Assembly (NCBI GenBank): GCA_963842085.1 | Contig: CAWJET010000002.1 | Coordinates: forward strand, 384,001 to 448,000 | Direction: 5' to 3' | Length of the DNA stretch: 64,000 nucleotides | Source: an uncultured delta proteobacterium | GTDB taxonomy: Bacteria; Desulfobacterota; Binatia; Binatales; Binataceae | Part shown: positions 59,767 to 64,000 of the stretch, piece by piece | Layout: the number at the start of each line of letters is the position of its first letter | Numbering within the stretch: the first letter of the stretch is position 1 | The notes under the pieces: model-generated | What the model was told of the DNA's origin: nothing | Databases searched by the model: none | Seen by the model: the letters and a program-made list of their open reading frames with translations, nothing else | Translations under genes and position numbers: made by a program

Positions 59767-61134
59767 TCAGCCCGGCGGTATCGAAGGGGCGCCGGGATCG
59801 GGAGCGCTCGCCGCCGCCACGGCCTTCGACACCGAGATTCTGATTTTGCCGGCGCCCGCGGGAGGATTGATGAATACCATCAGGAACGGCGCGGAGGCCG
59901 ACGGATTCATCGCGAACGCCTTCTGCGGACTCAACCCCTGAGAGAATTCGATTTCGCGCGGCGTCATCTCGCCGAGCATCTTGGCCGAGAGCTCGTTGCC
60001 GCAATAGACGCTCTGGCGGTCGAGTGGATGCGCGCCGTCGCCGATCAGATCGGCGTCGATCTGGACCAGGTGCAGCGGGCGGGTCCCGACGTTTTCCGCA
60101 TTACCGGTTACCACCAACGCGATGTGGCCATCCTTGAGCGTGTAATACTCCGAGCGGACGCCGTGCAGCGCCACCAGCATCGCGGGTACAATTGGCCGCG
60201 CGAAGTAACCGCCGATTCGCGGCGCCTGGCTGAGAATGCGCGCGCTGGCGGCGGGCGCGTCGCAGATGAGCGCGCTCGCACCGAGAAAGACTGCCGCAAT
60301 GAAGAAAAACATCGCGAGAAAGAATCCCGACGCATGAGTCCCGCCGGCTGCCGCCGTATCGACCCTGTCGTCACCGGCCTGACCCAGTTGGAATCCCGCG
60401 GCTTTCGCCCGCGGTGCGAATCGAGGCGCCGGAGCGCGCAGCGGCGCAGCTACACGGGGCACCGGAGTGGCCGCCGGGGGCGGAGCGGGTTCCGGCTCAT
60501 CGATCAACCTCGGCGCCTGGCGAAGCGGTGCGGATTCGAACTCAGCCGCCGTATCGCCCACCTGCCATCCGCCGTCGTCGGGCTCGAGGCGCTCGACGAG
60601 CTCGCGCTCCGGCGCCGCGTCGGCGATTTCAGCGCGTTCGTCGCTGAAATCGAATCTCAGGTTTTCTCCAGTGTCAGCTTTCTGCTCGCGATCGCCGAAG
60701 GTGCGGTCGAGCGGATCGTCGGCCTTCGGTTCGTTCCGTTCGTTTTCGGATCGAGCCTGGGGCTGTTGCGGCGGCGGCTCGGGTATGCTGCGCTCGATGG
60801 ACTCGTGTTGCTCCGCGGCCGAGGGTTGGGCGCGAAGTTCCGGTTCGGCCGCGATCGTGGGCCGCGGCTCCGCGCTGTGCTCGCGTTTGACTACGTCGCT
60901 TTCGACCGGCGACTTGAGCGCGCCCGGACGCGGGCGCGCCGCGCGGATTGTGCGCAGCGGCGGCGATTCGCTCTCGGTGGCTGGTGGAGCCGGTTTGCGC
61001 ACTCTGGCTGGAACCGGGGCGGCGTTGAACACGTGGCCGCATCGCGAGCACTTGAAGGTCGGTGTATCGTCGGGCAGGACCCGCTCATCGATCCGGTAAC
61101 GGGTGTGGCAACTGGTGCATTGAATTTCGATCAT
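59767..61134 (-). CDS. MJ0042-type Zn-ribbon / DUF3426-like membrane protein
   Basis: IQCTSCHTRYRI...FKCSRCGHVF, a Pro-rich linker, one TM segment and a periplasmic beta domain. Confidence 0.8.
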   Translation of the reverse strand: MIEIQCTSCHTRYRIDERVLPDDTPTFKCSRCGHVFNAAPVPARVRKPAPPATESESPPLRTIRAARPRPGALKSPVESDVVKREHSAEPRPTIAAEPELRAQPSAAEQHESIERSIPEPPPQQPQARSENERNEPKADDPLDRTFGDREQKADTGENLRFDFSDERAEIADAAPERELVERLEPDDGGWQVGDTAAEFESAPLRQAPRLIDEPEPAPPPAATPVPRVAAPLRAPAPRFAPRAKAAGFQLGQAGDDRVDTAAAGGTHASGFFLAMFFFIAAVFLGASALICDAPAASARILSQAPRIGGYFARPIVPAMLVALHGVRSEYYTLKDGHIALVVTGNAENVGTRPLHLVQIDADLIGDGAHPLDRQSVYCGNELSAKMLGEMTPREIEFSQGLSPQKAFAMNPSASAPFLMVFINPPAGAGKIRISVSKAVAAASAPDPGAPSIPPG

Positions 61135-61244
61135 TCCCCCACCTCACATCCCACCCAAAAAATTATCACACGGCAAAGGGTCGCGCATCTTTGGTGCGCG
61201 CCGCGCCAAATCCTTCCGACGCCGGTTCCACGGAGCGTCATTCA

Positions 61245-62369
61245 ATGCGAATAGCGATTCTCGCGCGCCGTTTCGATAGCGCCGGCGGCGGCACCGAGCG
61301 CGATCTGATCGTTACGGCGCAGTGCCTGCGCGCGGCGGGGCATCAAATTACGATTTTCGCTGACGAGCTCCGCGGCGCGACCGGCGACTGGGACGTTCGT
61401 TGCGTCGGCGTGGGCCCAAGGCTGGGACGCGCGCTGTCCCTGATGCGATTCGCATGGACTGCGGCGCCCGCGGCGCGCCGCGCGGGAGCCGACCTGGTGC
61501 TGAGCTTCGCCCGATGCGTTGGTGCGGACGTGATTCGCTCCGGCGGCGGCGCGCATGCCAGTTACCTCCGCGCGGCGCGAAAATGGCGCGGCGCGGTCGG
61601 CGCGTCCGCGATGCGCCTCAGCCCGTATCATCAGGTGCAGATGCTCGTCGAGCGCCAGGCCTTCCGCAGTCCCGGGCTCAGGCGCGCGGTCGCGGTGTCG
61701 AATTTCGTTCGCGACGATCTGATCCGGGAATTCGGCCTCGCGCCCGAAAAAACGATCACGATTTACAACGGCGTCGATCTCGACCGCTTCCGGCCCGCGT
61801 CCGATCCGTCGGAGCGCGCGGCTATCCGCCGGAAGTTTGTCGTTCCGGCCGGCGCGCGTGTAATCGCTTTCGTCGGCAACGGCTTCGCGCGCAAGGGGCT
61901 GGGATTTCTCCTCGAAGCATGGCCGTTGGTCGCCGGCGGCGCGTTTCTGCTGGTGGTTGGCGCGGATAGACAGACCGACAAATTCGCGCGCCGGGCAAAT
62001 GCTCTCAATGTTGGCGCCCGAGTAGTCTTCACGGGTCCGCAACCCGACGTTGCGGCGATCTTCCACGCGGCGGACGCTTTTGCGATGCCGTCGCTGTTCG
62101 AGCCGTTCGGCAACGTCGTGATGGAAGCGATGGCGAGTGGATTGCCCGCGATGACCAGCGCATTCTCGGGTGTTGCGGAGTTGCTCCCGCCCTCGATGCG
62201 TGGGTTTCGAGTCGAGAACCCCGACGATGTGGGCGAGGTCGCGCTTCGTCTCGGCGCCTTGTTCGACGCACCTGCAAGTCTTGGCCGCGAGGCCCGCGCG
62301 ACGGCCGAGAAATTCACCTGGACACGCTATGCAGAAGAATTGAACGCGCTGCTTGAATCAATAGGCTAG
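61245..62369 (+). CDS. Glycosyltransferase family 4 (WaaG-like)
   Basis: GGTER, IYNGVD, GNGFARKG, EPFGNVVMEAMASG. Confidence 0.9.
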   Translation: MRIAILARRFDSAGGGTERDLIVTAQCLRAAGHQITIFADELRGATGDWDVRCVGVGPRLGRALSLMRFAWTAAPAARRAGADLVLSFARCVGADVIRSGGGAHASYLRAARKWRGAVGASAMRLSPYHQVQMLVERQAFRSPGLRRAVAVSNFVRDDLIREFGLAPEKTITIYNGVDLDRFRPASDPSERAAIRRKFVVPAGARVIAFVGNGFARKGLGFLLEAWPLVAGGAFLLVVGADRQTDKFARRANALNVGARVVFTGPQPDVAAIFHAADAFAMPSLFEPFGNVVMEAMASGLPAMTSAFSGVAELLPPSMRGFRVENPDDVGEVALRLGALFDAPASLGREARATAEKFTWTRYAEELNALLESIG

Positions 62370-62385
62370 GGCGCGCGGCGCGCTT

Positions 62386-63231
62386 CTAGCCGCCGAGACC
62401 GTCCAACATTCCGCGCGCGATTGCGAGCCTGCGTTCCTCGCGCGCGATTCGCGGCAGGCCGGCGCGCGTAAGCTGCGCGATTCGGAGCCGCGCCAGCGCG
62501 ATCGCATTTTTTATAATCACGTCGGCAGTGGAATGCTTCTCGTGCAGCATCCGGCACCGCCCGCGCTCGCGCGCAATCCTGATGAATCGTTCGCGATTCG
62601 CGCGCGCGGCATCCACTTCGTGATAGACGAGCGCCCTTGGCGCGTATCCGATTCGAAAGCCCGCACGACGCAACCGCTGCGACATCTCGGTTTCCTCCTC
62701 ATGCCCGCCGGCGCCCGGACCAAGGCGCTCGTCGAACGGCCCGACTTGCCGCAGCGCGTCCGCGCGAAAAGCCATATTCGCGCCAAGCACTCCTCGCACC
62801 TCGACTACTTGGTCGCCGTGGTCGGCGATCGGCAGGTCCAGGTACGCGGCCATCGGCCCGATTTTTTTTTCGGGATCTTCGGCCGGAAGGATTCGCCCCT
62901 TCATCGCGGCGAACTCGCGATGGGCGTCAAAGAACTGCTCGACCGCTGCCAGATAGCCCGGCGCCACGACAAGATCGTCGTCGAGGAAAACCAGGATTTC
63001 GCCGTTCGCATCGGCGATGGCGCGATTCTGAATGCGGCATTTCCCCGCGCGAGGTTCGTGCAGATGCTTGAGCGGCGCGCCTTCGAGCGTAAGCTGCATC
63101 GGGGCCGGCGTGCCATTCTCGGCGATGATTATCTCGCGCGCGCCGGTTGCGAGTTCGGGCGCCAGGCTCGCCACCAGCCGCCGAAGCGAGTCGGCCCGGT
63201 TGTGAGTCGCGACGATGACGGACGTCTTCAA
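62386..63231 (-). CDS. Glycosyltransferase family 2
   Basis: SVIVATHNR, FLDDD, GANMAFR, FDERLG. Confidence 0.9.
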   Translation of the reverse strand: MKTSVIVATHNRADSLRRLVASLAPELATGAREIIIAENGTPAPMQLTLEGAPLKHLHEPRAGKCRIQNRAIADANGEILVFLDDDLVVAPGYLAAVEQFFDAHREFAAMKGRILPAEDPEKKIGPMAAYLDLPIADHGDQVVEVRGVLGANMAFRADALRQVGPFDERLGPGAGGHEEETEMSQRLRRAGFRIGYAPRALVYHEVDAARANRERFIRIARERGRCRMLHEKHSTADVIIKNAIALARLRIAQLTRAGLPRIAREERRLAIARGMLDGLGG

Positions 63232-63929
63232 TGCTCTTCGACTTTGCGAAATCGCATGATGATGTTTTCATCCATCAGCAGGCTGGCGCTGGTCATGAAG
63301 CCGAGCAACTCGCGATTGATTTTGCGTTGCGCCGGATCTTTCACGCGCCCATATAGCATCCACGAAAAGCCCGCGATCAGCGGCCACAAGATCGGCGCAA
63401 AGATTCGCGAGCGTAACTTGCGCCGGCTGCGCCCGAGCGCGTCCATCCGCAATCCCGCGCCCCACGCGATCCAATGCAGGTCGTTGAGGCCCATCACGTG
63501 CCAGTTGCGGCCGTCCGCGACCCGGTAGCGGTACGCCAGCGGCGCGCGCCGTCCCTTGTAGTAGCCGCTCAGCAGGTAATGTATTCGCGAGCTGACGTTC
63601 AGGCGATTGGGCGTCGTGACAATCGCGACCGCGCCGGGCCGCAGCACGCGCGCTATCTCTTCGAGCGCTTGCGGGACGTCGGCGAGATGCTCGATCACTT
63701 CGAGCATCATCACCAGGTCGAAGCGCGCCGGCCGAAACGGGAGATCGTGATTGAGGTTGACCGCAACCCAGCCGGGCTTGCGGGTCCGATACTCGGTCGA
63801 TATGACGCGCCATCCGCGCTCCGCAAGGAGACGGCTCGAAAGGCCGTCGCCCGCGCTCAAGTCCAGCGCAAGCGACGACGGCCCCGGCGCCGGCGCAAGC
63901 GCGATCGCGCCGCGAACCCGTTCACTCAT
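63228..63929 (-). CDS. Class I SAM-dependent methyltransferase
   Basis: LDLSAGDG, FDLVMMLEVIEHL, RVLRPG, TTPN. Confidence 0.85.
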   Translation of the reverse strand: MSERVRGAIALAPAPGPSSLALDLSAGDGLSSRLLAERGWRVISTEYRTRKPGWVAVNLNHDLPFRPARFDLVMMLEVIEHLADVPQALEEIARVLRPGAVAIVTTPNRLNVSSRIHYLLSGYYKGRRAPLAYRYRVADGRNWHVMGLNDLHWIAWGAGLRMDALGRSRRKLRSRIFAPILWPLIAGFSWMLYGRVKDPAQRKINRELLGFMTSASLLMDENIIMRFRKVEEH

Positions 63930-64000
63930 CGTAACCGGAGATTGTGTTTCAATAGCGCCGCGCGCTCAAGCCAGCCGCGAGAGGATCGGAAACCCGTGCA

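Overview
High-GC bacterial chromosomal window. The gene content (Zn-ribbon/cyclase/AAA/TPR protein, NHL-repeat exported protein, deltaproteobacteria-like housekeeping genes) suggests Candidatus Binatota or a relative; this is an inference. Most of it is housekeeping: gshA, gspC, a D,D-carboxypeptidase, glpK, lptB, suhB, alaC-hom-thrC-apgM-glpX, hisS-aspS, ald, gcvH, glycosyltransferases and tRNA-Arg(CCG). The accessory content is more notable. (1) A compact triceptide (cyclophane RiPP) locus at 13.76-15.88 kb: a GrrA/OscA-like precursor with a signal-peptide-like leader and a Trp-rich core with six W-x-N motifs, a GrrM/OscB-type radical SAM/SPASM maturase, and an unassigned third gene. (2) A complete 2.0 kb IS1595-family element carrying passenger genes, inserted next to a parS site. 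(3) A tandem duplication of about 377 bp period in which each copy starts with parS and carries several palindromes. (4) Four sigma54-type promoters sharing an extended motif, in front of a hemerythrin-domain gene, an acsA-E1alpha-E1beta-E2-ACP operon lacking E3, a gap gene broken by one amber codon, and a DksA/TraR-like gene. (5) A promoter-hairpin-terminator unit upstream of an MFS gene, which is either an sRNA or an attenuator. All family assignments come from motif recognition by eye; no searches were run.
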